From the NCBI GenBank assembly GCA_015665315.1, contig JADFAK010000021.1, positions 454 through 64,453 on the forward strand: DNA of 64,000 bases. The letters are read 5' to 3'. The notes below the pieces were generated by a model. The model did not search any database. It was given only the letters and a program-made list of their open reading frames with translations, and was not told the origin of the DNA. Shown here one piece after another: positions 9,701 through 17,668 of the stretch (the stretch's first letter is position 1; every line of letters starts with the position of its first letter). The position numbers and the translations under genes were made by a program. Source of the stretch: Flavobacteriales bacterium. Its GTDB lineage: Bacteria; Bacteroidota; Bacteroidia; Flavobacteriales_D; Sanyastnellaceae.

Positions 9701-10819
9701 GGTTGTGCGATTGATGGTAACTACTTCATGACCGATGACGGTGGCAACATCTTATTCGAAATGGGACCAGATCCTAATTATGGGTCACAGGCAACTCACG
9801 AATTTTGCCTAGGAGGCGGTATTCAGGGATGTACTGATTCTACTGCGTGTAACTACGATTCAACAGCAACTGTCGACGATGGTTCATGCCTCGTGTTCGA
9901 TGCTTGTGGAGTATGTGGAGGAACAAGTGTCGCAGGATGTAACAATCCGGCAGCGTGTAACTTCAATTCATTGGCCGATTGCGATGATGGGTCTTGTACC
10001 TTCCCAGGATGTATGGATTCTACAGCTTGTAACTACGATTCAACTGCAGGATGTAGTGATGGATCTTGTACTTACCCAGGTTGTACTACGCTTATTGCCT
10101 GTAATTACAACGCTTCGGCAGGTTGCGATGACGGATCATGTACCTTCCCAGGATGTCAGAATCCAGCGGCTTGCAACTTTAACCCAGCGGCAGGTTGTAA
10201 CGATGGATCATGTGTATTCCCAGGATGTATGGATACTGCGGCCTGTAACTACAGCGCAGCAGCTGCTTGTGACGATGGTTCATGTACTTACCCAGGATGT
10301 ACCATTTCTACAGCGTGTAACTATGATTCGACAGCAGGTTGCGACGACGGTTCGTGTACAACAGCAGGTTGTATAGATACAGCTGCTTGTAACTATGATT
10401 CAGGTGCTTCATGTGACGATGGATCATGTACATATCCAAGTAACGTGTACTATGCTGATACGGATACTGATACTTATGGTGATCCACTCGTGTCAATTAC
10501 TGTATGCGGAGCTGCTCCGGCAGGTTACGTTAGCGATAACACCGATTGTGACGATACGAACGATGCGATGTACCCAGGTGCTCCCCCAACGGCGCAAGGC
10601 ATTGATAACGATTGCAATGGAACAGTCGATCCAGATGAGGCCGCACCTTGCTTAGGTGACTTTGACTTCAACGGAACGATCGACGTGCAAGACTTGCTTA
10701 TATTCTTAGGTGACTTTGGATGTCAGTCAAGCTGCTTTGCCGATTTAAATGGCGACGATCAAACCAATGCAGCAGATATTTTGATCTTCTTAGGTCTGTT
10801 CGGAACGGACTGCCCATAA
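6788..10819 (+). CDS. Secreted M36 (fungalysin-family) metalloprotease with a multi-domain Cys-rich tail and a dockerin-like C-terminus
   Basis: Signal peptide and an FTP-like propeptide. Zinc motif HEYGHGVSNRLTGGP at 8123. Tail: 13 CNYD mini-repeats (8759-10438), two copies of a 109-aa CWGGEVSWEI...YDSFGDGL module, a MopE-like DxDxDxxG...DNDCNG motif (10447-10640) and a double dockerin-like module (10649-10816). Confidence 0.85.
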   Translation: MLSLFQKINNMTLSNIQVGIRHLLKPAIIALCLLVVTGLSAQQHLSSGVDYLKKNAEQLKVNEKDLDGMQLTHVTKGARGAFEVAYLQQTKGGISIHNRIINVMYDGSGKIVGHSGTLADNLERSNIPTSPAISPIDGLKSAAMALKLGQIGDVVVLEPGQGAEQKGILSKGAISQDDIVFRLVYQDFGKLGIKLTWEYVIYENSSKHWWQIRIDAQSGQYVDKNDWVSSCNVDHSLTEGRGHIHGASCAEGPAYLPMLANSYNVYGMPTESPSHGGRSQQTSPWLDGVGSPFGWHDTNGAAGAEYTITRGNNVWASEDQDANNVAGFSPDGGATLDFDFPENLGGAPSTYQEAVITNLFYWNNIIHDVLYNYGFDEASGNFQENNYGNGGAGADYVIADALDGSGTNNANFGTPPDGGNPRMQMYVWTQTTPNRTSDYDNGVIIHEYGHGVSNRLTGGPGSASCLGNQEQMGEGWSDYLGLMLTMEPGDAGTDPRGIGTYVLGQPTTGAGIRQYPYSTDLGVNLHTYGDVGGVAVPHGVGSIWCEMLWEMTWALIDQYGFDADVYNGTGGNNIALQLVMDGMKLQPCSPGFVDGRDAILLADQLNNGGANQCLIWEAFAKRGLGFSADQGSSNSVSDGTEAFDTPCFCDPNPGPLGCDDSTACNYDSTAGCNDGSCVYPGCTDSAACNYDSTAGCDDGSCLLSAASPTLTLTTDCWGGEVSWEILDAGGNQIATNPIAYGNQTTYTYDGCMVPGACYTFIIYDSFGDGLSGIASGCSTDGYYSMVDDDGTLLFEIAADPNYGSSATHPFCLGISTVDCNDSAACNYNPTATGATECEYLDECGFCGGTGTLGCMDSAACNYDSVAACDDGSCVYPGCTDSAACNYDSTAGCDDGTCIVPGATPTLTLLTDCWGGEVSWEILDSGGNQIATNPITYGNQTTYTWDGCMVDGECYTFIIYDSFGDGLAGIASGCAIDGNYFMTDDGGNILFEMGPDPNYGSQATHEFCLGGGIQGCTDSTACNYDSTATVDDGSCLVFDACGVCGGTSVAGCNNPAACNFNSLADCDDGSCTFPGCMDSTACNYDSTAGCSDGSCTYPGCTTLIACNYNASAGCDDGSCTFPGCQNPAACNFNPAAGCNDGSCVFPGCMDTAACNYSAAAACDDGSCTYPGCTISTACNYDSTAGCDDGSCTTAGCIDTAACNYDSGASCDDGSCTYPSNVYYADTDTDTYGDPLVSITVCGAAPAGYVSDNTDCDDTNDAMYPGAPPTAQGIDNDCNGTVDPDEAAPCLGDFDFNGTIDVQDLLIFLGDFGCQSSCFADLNGDDQTNAADILIFLGLFGTDCP

Positions 10820-10837
10820 GAGCATAGGTTTAAAATA

Positions 10838-10927
10838 ATAAAGCCCTGGTAGAATTACTCTATCAGGGCTTTTTTCTTTAGCACAAGGCAAATGCGCTTA
10901 CTCCTTCAATGACATTTGCCTTGTGCA
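10838..10927. repeat. Double-hairpin module, copy 1
   Basis: Terminator hairpin plus a perfect 14-bp-stem hairpin, gcacaaggcaaatg-N18-catttgccttgtgc (10881-10926). Confidence 0.8.
10841..10875 (+). terminator. Intrinsic terminator of the M36 gene
   Basis: agccctg-N15-cagggct followed by tttttt, 22 nt after the stop codon. Confidence 0.6.
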
Positions 10928-11017
10928 TAGAAATAATTGCTAAGACTAGTTGGATAATGATTTGAGCTTGCTAGAATGAACATTTCGACCTATCCATCTA
11001 TGGAGAATTTCGGTCCT

Positions 11018-11107
11018 AAAAAAGCCCCAGTAGTTGATTCTATCGGGGCTTTTTCTTTTAGCACAAGGCAAATGTGTTTTCTCCTTCAATGGCATTTGCC
11101 TTGTGCT
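11018..11107. repeat. Double-hairpin module, copy 2
   Basis: Near-identical direct copy 180 bp downstream of copy 1 (agcccc/ggggct hairpin plus gcacaaggcaaatg...catttgccttgtgc at 11061-11106). Confidence 0.8.
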
Positions 11108-11148
11108 ACATTATCAACTGACTATTTTACAGCGATTGTCATGTTTTA

Positions 11149-11310
11149 TCTCGCTCTCTGAACTGTCTATAATTCTCGCTTCTCGTTCTCGCACTCTATG
11201 CTGTCTATAATTCTCGCCTCTCGCTCACACACTCTATACTGTCTTGAATTCTCGCTTCTCGCTCTCGTACTCTATACTGTCTTCGCTTCTCGCTCTCTAT
11301 TCTGTCTTTA
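11149..11310. repeat. Tandem array of about 38-bp TCTCGC-rich units (4-5 copies)
   Basis: Units such as ttctcgcttctcgttctcgcactctatgctgtctataa repeat head to tail. The last unit overlaps the stop codon of the 11308-15264 gene. Confidence 0.8.
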
Positions 11311-14300
11311 GTTGCAAGCTGTTCCAAAAACTGAGAGAAATAGAAGTAAGTCGGTTGTGTCAACCATGTCATCATCGGTCAAATCCACAGTGCAACTCGA
11401 TTGGCAACCGAAGCCTGAAAGAAGTTGAAGTAAATCATTGGTATCAATCACCATGTCACCATTAAAGTCTCCTAAACATCCGGCAGCCGTTGTTTCAATA
11501 ACCTGAATTTTGAATGAAGCTTCCTGTGTTCCTACGCCATCTAATCGAACCCGATAGTTTGATCCTGGGTTCAGGCCAGAAAGCTCTAGTGTTTCCGCAG
11601 TTTCATCTCCGTAATTATCGACACAAGCAATTTCATTTAATGATTCACAATTGCCGCTAAAAGCAGTCAGCCGCATATTGAAAATTGGAGTGAGCATATT
11701 GACTTCGCTTGTAACAATTTCAACGCTACCAGTAGCTGGGGCAGTGAATCCATACCAAACCGTTCTTCCAGTACTAACCGAGCAAGAGCTAATAGGCCCA
11801 TTGGCCTGGCTAGCACATTCATTTGAGCCAAAGGAAGGATCTTCGTTGACTTGAAGTAAGATAAAGTCGGCACATTCATCGTGAGGCACTTCGCACACTT
11901 GCGCTTCAAAACAGCCCATGTCTACCGTAGAGAGATAGATGCGTTGATTTCCAGCTAGGTCGGTTAGCAAATTTGAGGCACTATTCAGCCCTGAATTATA
12001 TGCTTGACTGTTTGCGGAAATTTTGAAATTGCCGGCGCTTGGATCTAAGAAATTTGGATTGCAATCGAAAATACTGGTCCCAGTGGCTCCTCCTTCAATA
12101 ATACAATGTGACGGTATGATGTTGCCCGCGCCGAATTGGACATTGTAGGTGCTAAAGTTATTCCACACGATGCAATTGGTGAATTCACCTCCAGCACCAT
12201 CTATTGTGAGGCTAGTTCCAGAGCCTGAGGTAGCTATGTTCTCGGTAAATGTGCAATTGATGATTTCGGACGTTGCTTGATTTAAAACCCGGAGAGCGGC
12301 ATTTGTATTGGACGTGTTTTGATAAAAGAGACAATTCTCGACTACACTTGTGCCGCTATAGATATCCATTGCTCCAGTGATTGTTCCACCGGTGTTGTTT
12401 TCAAAAATTGAATTAGATATTTCGGCAGTTGCCCCGATAATTGTCAGGGTACTTCCAAGACTTGTTGCCGTATTGTCGGAAAAAACACACTCACTAATCG
12501 TTCCGGCCGATCCTGTATTGAGAATCAGCGCCGCTCCTGAAGTGGCGGCAACATTTCCTTGAAAAAGTGTGTTTGTAAAATCGAATAGGCCATTTGTGCT
12601 AACTGCTCCACCAGAACCGCCCGAAGTGTTGTTGATAAAGGAAGAATTAGAAACATGTAAATCAGACCCTGCAGAGGCTAGTACAACTGCTGTTGCACCT
12701 GCAGTAATATCTTCAAAAATGCAATTGTCGGCATAGATTTCACTTCCAGATTGAAAGAAGAAAGCTCCGGCGAAATTGGCATAGTGGCCTGTAAATGTAC
12801 AATTCGCAAGGTTGACTTGTGTACTTACAACTCGCATGGCAGCGCTATTGTTGTTGCTGCCTGACCCATCGGCATAGCCATCGCTGATAATCAATCCATC
12901 CAAGATAATGACGCCTGCCGCGGCCAGGTCTATCAGTCGATAAGAATTGTCGGTAGAGGCGGCCGTCCCAATATTACCACTCATTACCGTTGGATTGGCC
13001 GACCAGTCTCTTTGGCTGTGCAGAATTTCATTTCCTTGGAAACCGCCATATAGTGCGCAATCGTCAGGGATGTCGAAGGTAATGCTTCTGTCATTCGTTG
13101 AGGTAGGGAAGTAGGTTCCTTCAGCAACCCAAATTTCGTTTCCAGGTGAGAACACGGCCAGAGCATCTTGAAGGTCGACAAAAGCATCTTGCCACGACGA
13201 ACCGTCATTTGCCCCTGTGGCATCTTGATCAACGTATAATGTATTGCTTGAATAGTATTCGAAACAGCCCACGTCGGCAGTTCCGTTCCAAATTCTTTGC
13301 TCATGCGCGAGGTCTAGGTTCAGACTAGAATAGGCATTTGATCCGTAATCAATGGCTGGGGAGGTGGGAAGCAGACTAAAATCACCTGCAGCTACATCGG
13401 CAAAAAGTGGCGATTGCATTAACGTGTCGCCAATGACATTTATCGCGCTGCTTTGGTATACATCGAGGATAACCTTGTCGGCAGTGATCGGGGTACTGCC
13501 AAAAGCTTTGTGGTCGTCGTTGTCCCAAATGATCGAGTTGTAGACCTCCGCCGAACCAAACGATGTTCCACCAATTACCGAACCATATGATTGTTCAAAT
13601 ATATTTTGGGAGAACGTGGAATTGAAAATTGAGGCAATTGCATTTGTACCAACATATACAATGGAGCCTCCGTCGTTGTTGTTTTGTCGTACAAGACAAT
13701 TGTCCATGGATAGGTGGCTATTTGGTCCAACAAATACAGCTGCCTGTGTGTTGGCGGTGCAAAAACGTATGTCGCAATGACGGATATCAAGTTCGGTTGC
13801 TGTATTCATATAAATTGCGCCACTTAGGTTGTTGTTGTCGTTCACATCTCTGTATGCATATCTGAACTCGAATCCATCAACAAGAGTATTGGTTCCTTGG
13901 ACAACTAGGATGCGGTAAGAATTGTCGGTTATGTCTCCAATAACACCTATTGCTCCGGATAAGATAGTCTTGTTTTCGTTCCAATCTCTTTGACCGCGGA
14001 AAGATTCATTACCGATAAAACCGCCATATAAACTCACACCTGACCCCAATTGGAAATTGATGTTGCGGTCGGTGGATGTTGTAGGCTTGTACACACCTTG
14101 GGCAACCCAAATTTGGTCGCCGCTGTTGGAGAAGCTTAGGGCATCTTGGAGATCGACAAATGCATTGTTCCAAGATGAGCCATCGTTTTCACCTGTTGCG
14201 GTGAGATCAACGTAGAGTCGACGGTCGGTTTGCATCTCATAACAACCTGCGTCAATTACTGTGTTCCAGACCCTGGGTTGTCCGGCTAAATCGAGATTTT

Positions 14301-15264
14301 CGTTAAAAAGACCATTTTGACCGAAATCTTGAGCTGGCGAACCTGAGGTAAGTTGATAATTATTGCTGCCGGGGTCTTCAAATAGAGGATCTTGATCCAG
14401 CACGTCTCCAATTGTATAATTAAGTGAATTTTGGATAATATCAAGAACACAATTGTCGATTTCCCCACTGGGAGAGCCGAATGGATTGTGCATGTCGTTG
14501 TCCCAGATAATGTCGTTGTAGGCTATAAACAGGCTGGTACTATGTCCGCCGATAACCGACCCAAATGTTTGTTCAAATTTGTTTTGGGATAAGGTGCAAT
14601 TATAGATTTTGGCTACGGCGTTCACATTAAGATCTATGATTCCACTTATGTCGGTCGTGTTGTCGTGCACCAGGCAATTAACCATGATGAGATAGGTGTC
14701 TGTTAGTCCTCCTACGGCGGGTCCCGCTAGTGCTAGGTTATTGTATATCGTGCAGTTTACTAGATCCATACTGGCACCGTCGTCCATATAGACTCCACCA
14801 CGTGGATAAAATACATCGGTAAATTCTCGGTAAGCTTTTTTAATGCCAAATCCGTCGACGACAATATTAGAACCATGTGCGAAAATCACATTGTATGAGT
14901 TGTCAGCCGCAGTTGATTGACTGCCTATTGCTCCAGAAAGTTCAGTGACATTGGTTGCCCAGTCCCTTTGATCTCTTTGTGTTTCTGTACCATCAAAACC
15001 GCCGTATAACTCAATACCAGAATTGATATCGAATCGAATATCTCGATCGGTCGTTGTAGTTGGCTTGTAAATTCCTTCAGCCACCCATATTTCATCGTTG
15101 GCTCCAGCTACAGCCAGGGCATCTTGTAAATCGGTAAATGCGTTATTCCAGGATGCGCCTGAGTTGGTACCTGTGGCGTCTTTGTCGACGTAAATAACAG
15201 CCGCTTGACTTGAAAAGGTGAGGGTGCAGGCCAGTACCCAAAGTAGTAGGTTGCGTGTATTCAT
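11308..15264 (-). CDS. Secreted right-handed beta-helix repeat protein with a dockerin-like C-terminus
   Basis: Signal peptide. Three tandem copies of a roughly 325-aa unit that starts YVDxxATGxNxGSSWxxAFxDLQDAL...IWVAxGxYKPT. Then long Asn/Gly/Thr-rich helix turns, a Cys-containing beta-sandwich-like domain and a double dockerin-like module (11311-11475). Confidence 0.8.
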   Translation of the reverse strand: MNTRNLLLWVLACTLTFSSQAAVIYVDKDATGTNSGASWNNAFTDLQDALAVAGANDEIWVAEGIYKPTTTTDRDIRFDINSGIELYGGFDGTETQRDQRDWATNVTELSGAIGSQSTAADNSYNVIFAHGSNIVVDGFGIKKAYREFTDVFYPRGGVYMDDGASMDLVNCTIYNNLALAGPAVGGLTDTYLIMVNCLVHDNTTDISGIIDLNVNAVAKIYNCTLSQNKFEQTFGSVIGGHSTSLFIAYNDIIWDNDMHNPFGSPSGEIDNCVLDIIQNSLNYTIGDVLDQDPLFEDPGSNNYQLTSGSPAQDFGQNGLFNENLDLAGQPRVWNTVIDAGCYEMQTDRRLYVDLTATGENDGSSWNNAFVDLQDALSFSNSGDQIWVAQGVYKPTTSTDRNINFQLGSGVSLYGGFIGNESFRGQRDWNENKTILSGAIGVIGDITDNSYRILVVQGTNTLVDGFEFRYAYRDVNDNNNLSGAIYMNTATELDIRHCDIRFCTANTQAAVFVGPNSHLSMDNCLVRQNNNDGGSIVYVGTNAIASIFNSTFSQNIFEQSYGSVIGGTSFGSAEVYNSIIWDNDDHKAFGSTPITADKVILDVYQSSAINVIGDTLMQSPLFADVAAGDFSLLPTSPAIDYGSNAYSSLNLDLAHEQRIWNGTADVGCFEYYSSNTLYVDQDATGANDGSSWQDAFVDLQDALAVFSPGNEIWVAEGTYFPTSTNDRSITFDIPDDCALYGGFQGNEILHSQRDWSANPTVMSGNIGTAASTDNSYRLIDLAAAGVIILDGLIISDGYADGSGSNNNSAAMRVVSTQVNLANCTFTGHYANFAGAFFFQSGSEIYADNCIFEDITAGATAVVLASAGSDLHVSNSSFINNTSGGSGGAVSTNGLFDFTNTLFQGNVAATSGAALILNTGSAGTISECVFSDNTATSLGSTLTIIGATAEISNSIFENNTGGTITGAMDIYSGTSVVENCLFYQNTSNTNAALRVLNQATSEIINCTFTENIATSGSGTSLTIDGAGGEFTNCIVWNNFSTYNVQFGAGNIIPSHCIIEGGATGTSIFDCNPNFLDPSAGNFKISANSQAYNSGLNSASNLLTDLAGNQRIYLSTVDMGCFEAQVCEVPHDECADFILLQVNEDPSFGSNECASQANGPISSCSVSTGRTVWYGFTAPATGSVEIVTSEVNMLTPIFNMRLTAFSGNCESLNEIACVDNYGDETAETLELSGLNPGSNYRVRLDGVGTQEASFKIQVIETTAAGCLGDFNGDMVIDTNDLLQLLSGFGCQSSCTVDLTDDDMVDTTDLLLFLSVFGTACN

Positions 15265-15418
15265 TTTGGTGAGATTAGATAATTCAGCTTTAAGGATTTT
15301 CTGAAATCAGAATTTCCACCACAAAGAAGCGCAAGGAATAGCGTGTTGTTTTCACCCAGAAGGGTGAATTTGACTGGTTGAACTGGGAATTTGTAGAAGT
15401 CTAACCGATAGGACTTCG

Positions 15419-16237
15419 TTAGAATTGTACGCCTACTAGGAACTGCGCATAGAAGCCTGAATGATTCTCGCGCGGCACATAATCGCTGCCGTTTCCTGCG
15501 ATTGGATCATCGGTAAATAAAGGGTCACGTACTAAGTGAAAAGGAGTGAATCGGAAATCGGCCTGTTGGAATCCCCCTACTGCAACCAGTGAAATCTTTT
15601 GAGCAAACTGATAGCCTGTTCTAAACTCGAAAGCTGCCTCGAGTGTTTTTTGATCTCCGTCGTAATAGCGCATAACCACTTGGTCGTCATCCACCTCGGC
15701 ATATTGTACGGAATAATATGAGCTAAGCAAGCCAAATACAAGGCGCGGTTCGATGATCAGGTTCTGGTGCCAGGCTCTTTGCGCGCTTGGACTTACAATA
15801 TTTTGTTTGTTGACCTTTCTTTTTTTGAATAGTTGTTGGACTTGATAGCCGACGTGAAAACGCTGAGCGATCGAACGGTGATGATAATTTAAATCGGTCC
15901 ATTCTCTGCGCATATTGGAGCCGACAAAAGCAGCGTAATTGAAATTGGTCCAGGCAAAGCGTAATTCTGCACTATAGGTCATACTCTGGTGAATCCATGT
16001 GAGATCAGTATTGATTCCCTGTTGTTCTAGAAATGGGTCTGCTTGAAGCCCTGAAGATTGGTCGGCGGCCCAATTTTCATAATTGGGGAAGAAGAGATTG
16101 AAATTATTATGGCCTTCAATGAAGAAAGTGCGGTGAGTTCCGAAATGGAGAACACGGGCGTTGTTGTGTTGGGCCGAAGTCGATCCTGCAAAACCAAGAA
16201 ATAATGCAAAAACAAATATTGAAGGCAAACTGTTCAT
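15419..16237 (-). CDS. Putative outer-membrane beta-barrel protein
   Basis: Signal peptide, alternating aromatic/polar pattern and a C-terminal ...LVGVQF. Confidence 0.5.
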   Translation of the reverse strand: MNSLPSIFVFALFLGFAGSTSAQHNNARVLHFGTHRTFFIEGHNNFNLFFPNYENWAADQSSGLQADPFLEQQGINTDLTWIHQSMTYSAELRFAWTNFNYAAFVGSNMRREWTDLNYHHRSIAQRFHVGYQVQQLFKKRKVNKQNIVSPSAQRAWHQNLIIEPRLVFGLLSSYYSVQYAEVDDDQVVMRYYDGDQKTLEAAFEFRTGYQFAQKISLVAVGGFQQADFRFTPFHLVRDPLFTDDPIAGNGSDYVPRENHSGFYAQFLVGVQF

Positions 16238-16350
16238 ACGAAGGATTAATGAGAGTTGCTAGTCTAACGACTTTAGTTGGAATTAATTTCGCCATGCATC
16301 CTGCATAAGTAATGAAAGTTTGAATCGAAACATTCGAGGATTGGGTATAG

Positions 16351-17103
16351 TTAGAAAGTAAAAGAAATTCCTGAATTCAGATAGAAGGCGCTGTAGTTTG
16401 CTTTTGGTCTATAATAATCTCGCCAGCTATCCCAATAAGAAGAGGATGAAGTCGGTTCATCAATCAGGAGCGACTCCTTTCCGAAATTCATGTATTGATA
16501 ACCCGGAGTGATGATAATATCAACGTGTTTAGAAACGTGGAAGTTAAGTCCTATTTCAAGAGTTGCGTATCCCGCGCTTAGCCAATAGTTAAATCGTATG
16601 TCCTTTTTTTCTGCAATAGATTGGTGGCTTTGGTCGAATTTTGTTAGCCTCCGGGTTACACCCAAAATCATTCTAGGCGTTATCGAAAGGCCTTTGTCAT
16701 TTTCTGATTTCACTGTCGTGAATGCTTCGTAGCCGATTGACATTCCTTGGTCCAAGGCTACTGAATTGAAACGGAAATGAGTGATTTCTTTGTTTTCTGC
16801 ATTCGTAAAAGTGGAAACGAAACTTTGGGATTGAATTTGATTTCTAAACCCAATTTTGAGCTTTTTAATACTCCATTCCATGCCTAAAGCAATAGTTGTT
16901 GAATTATCAAATGTATGCTTGTCAGCATTTTTAGAGATGTTTTCAGACCATGGAGAATTTTCGTCGAAAATCGATTGGAAGATGTCTTCTGAGTTTGTGT
17001 GAAACATTCCACCAATTTGGGCGCGAATGGAGGAGGAATTCTGTCCTGAAGCAGAAACGGACAGTAGTACGATTGCTGAAAAGAGTGACAAAATTGTTTT
17101 CAT
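16351..17103 (-). CDS. Putative outer-membrane beta-barrel protein (paralogue-like of 15419-16237)
   Basis: ATG at 17103 gives MKTILSLFSAIVLLSVSASGQ. C-terminal ...YSAFYLNSGISFTF resembles ...HSGFYAQFLVGVQF of the neighbouring gene. Confidence 0.5.
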   Translation of the reverse strand: MKTILSLFSAIVLLSVSASGQNSSSIRAQIGGMFHTNSEDIFQSIFDENSPWSENISKNADKHTFDNSTTIALGMEWSIKKLKIGFRNQIQSQSFVSTFTNAENKEITHFRFNSVALDQGMSIGYEAFTTVKSENDKGLSITPRMILGVTRRLTKFDQSHQSIAEKKDIRFNYWLSAGYATLEIGLNFHVSKHVDIIITPGYQYMNFGKESLLIDEPTSSSSYWDSWRDYYRPKANYSAFYLNSGISFTF

Positions 17104-17367
17104 GGCTTTGTGTTTTTGTTTTGATAAAACTACGTGTGAAGTCGGTGACGAACAATTCAATTTTTACAAAAAACGTATTTTAAGAATGTGTGCAGTATGC
17201 GACTAATGCTTCTTGAAAAAAGAACTTGATTGTTGAAATACGTACTAAAAATAACAGCGAGTGTTTGAATTAGTACCAGGTGTGTTCTTTGGCTTTTAAG
17301 TGGACTTCCAGTTTCTCTAAGTTGGACTTGAAGGATGGAGCGAGTATTTAGGAGGTTTGGGAATATT

Positions 17368-17520
17368 GTTCTCGCTTCTCGTTCTCGCACTCTGTACAGT
17401 CTTTGATTCTCGCTTCTTGTTCCAGTACTCGGTACTATTTAGGTTTGAGTATTGAGAATAAAAAAAAGTGTGAGTATTGATGGAAGAGATAATTCTCGCT
17501 CACAAAGCTCACACTTATTA
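17368..17520. repeat. TCTCGC-rich repeat units (second locus)
   Basis: ttgttctcgcttctcgttctcgcactctgtacagtct is almost identical to a unit at 11173-11206. Degenerate copies follow up to 17520. Confidence 0.75.
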
Positions 17521-17668
17521 CTAATCTGTGGAGCCGGCGGGAGCTAGGTCGAACCTTTTGCCGGAAGATTTAGATAGACTTTTGTCATTCGGCATGTCGA
17601 ATGACGCTTTGAATTCGACTGAATGATTCCATTTCACCTTGACAGCCAAAATATAAGTAGGTCAAAAT

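Noticed and set aside
8691-10655. Several 77-165-aa ORFs in alternative plus-strand frames and on the opposite strand of the M36 gene (for example 8691-8924, 9147-9383, 9390-9635, 9879-10376, 10395-10655, 9273-9503).
   Set aside because: They lie entirely inside the CNYD repeat array. Their translations are repetitive artefacts (VTTIQ..., QLVTT...) produced by reading 72-nt repeats out of frame. The M36 frame has clear domain content.
11149-11310. Possible CRISPR arrays, both here and at 60577-60814.
   Set aside because: The units abut each other without unique spacers of regular length. No cas genes are in the window. They are simple tandem repeats.
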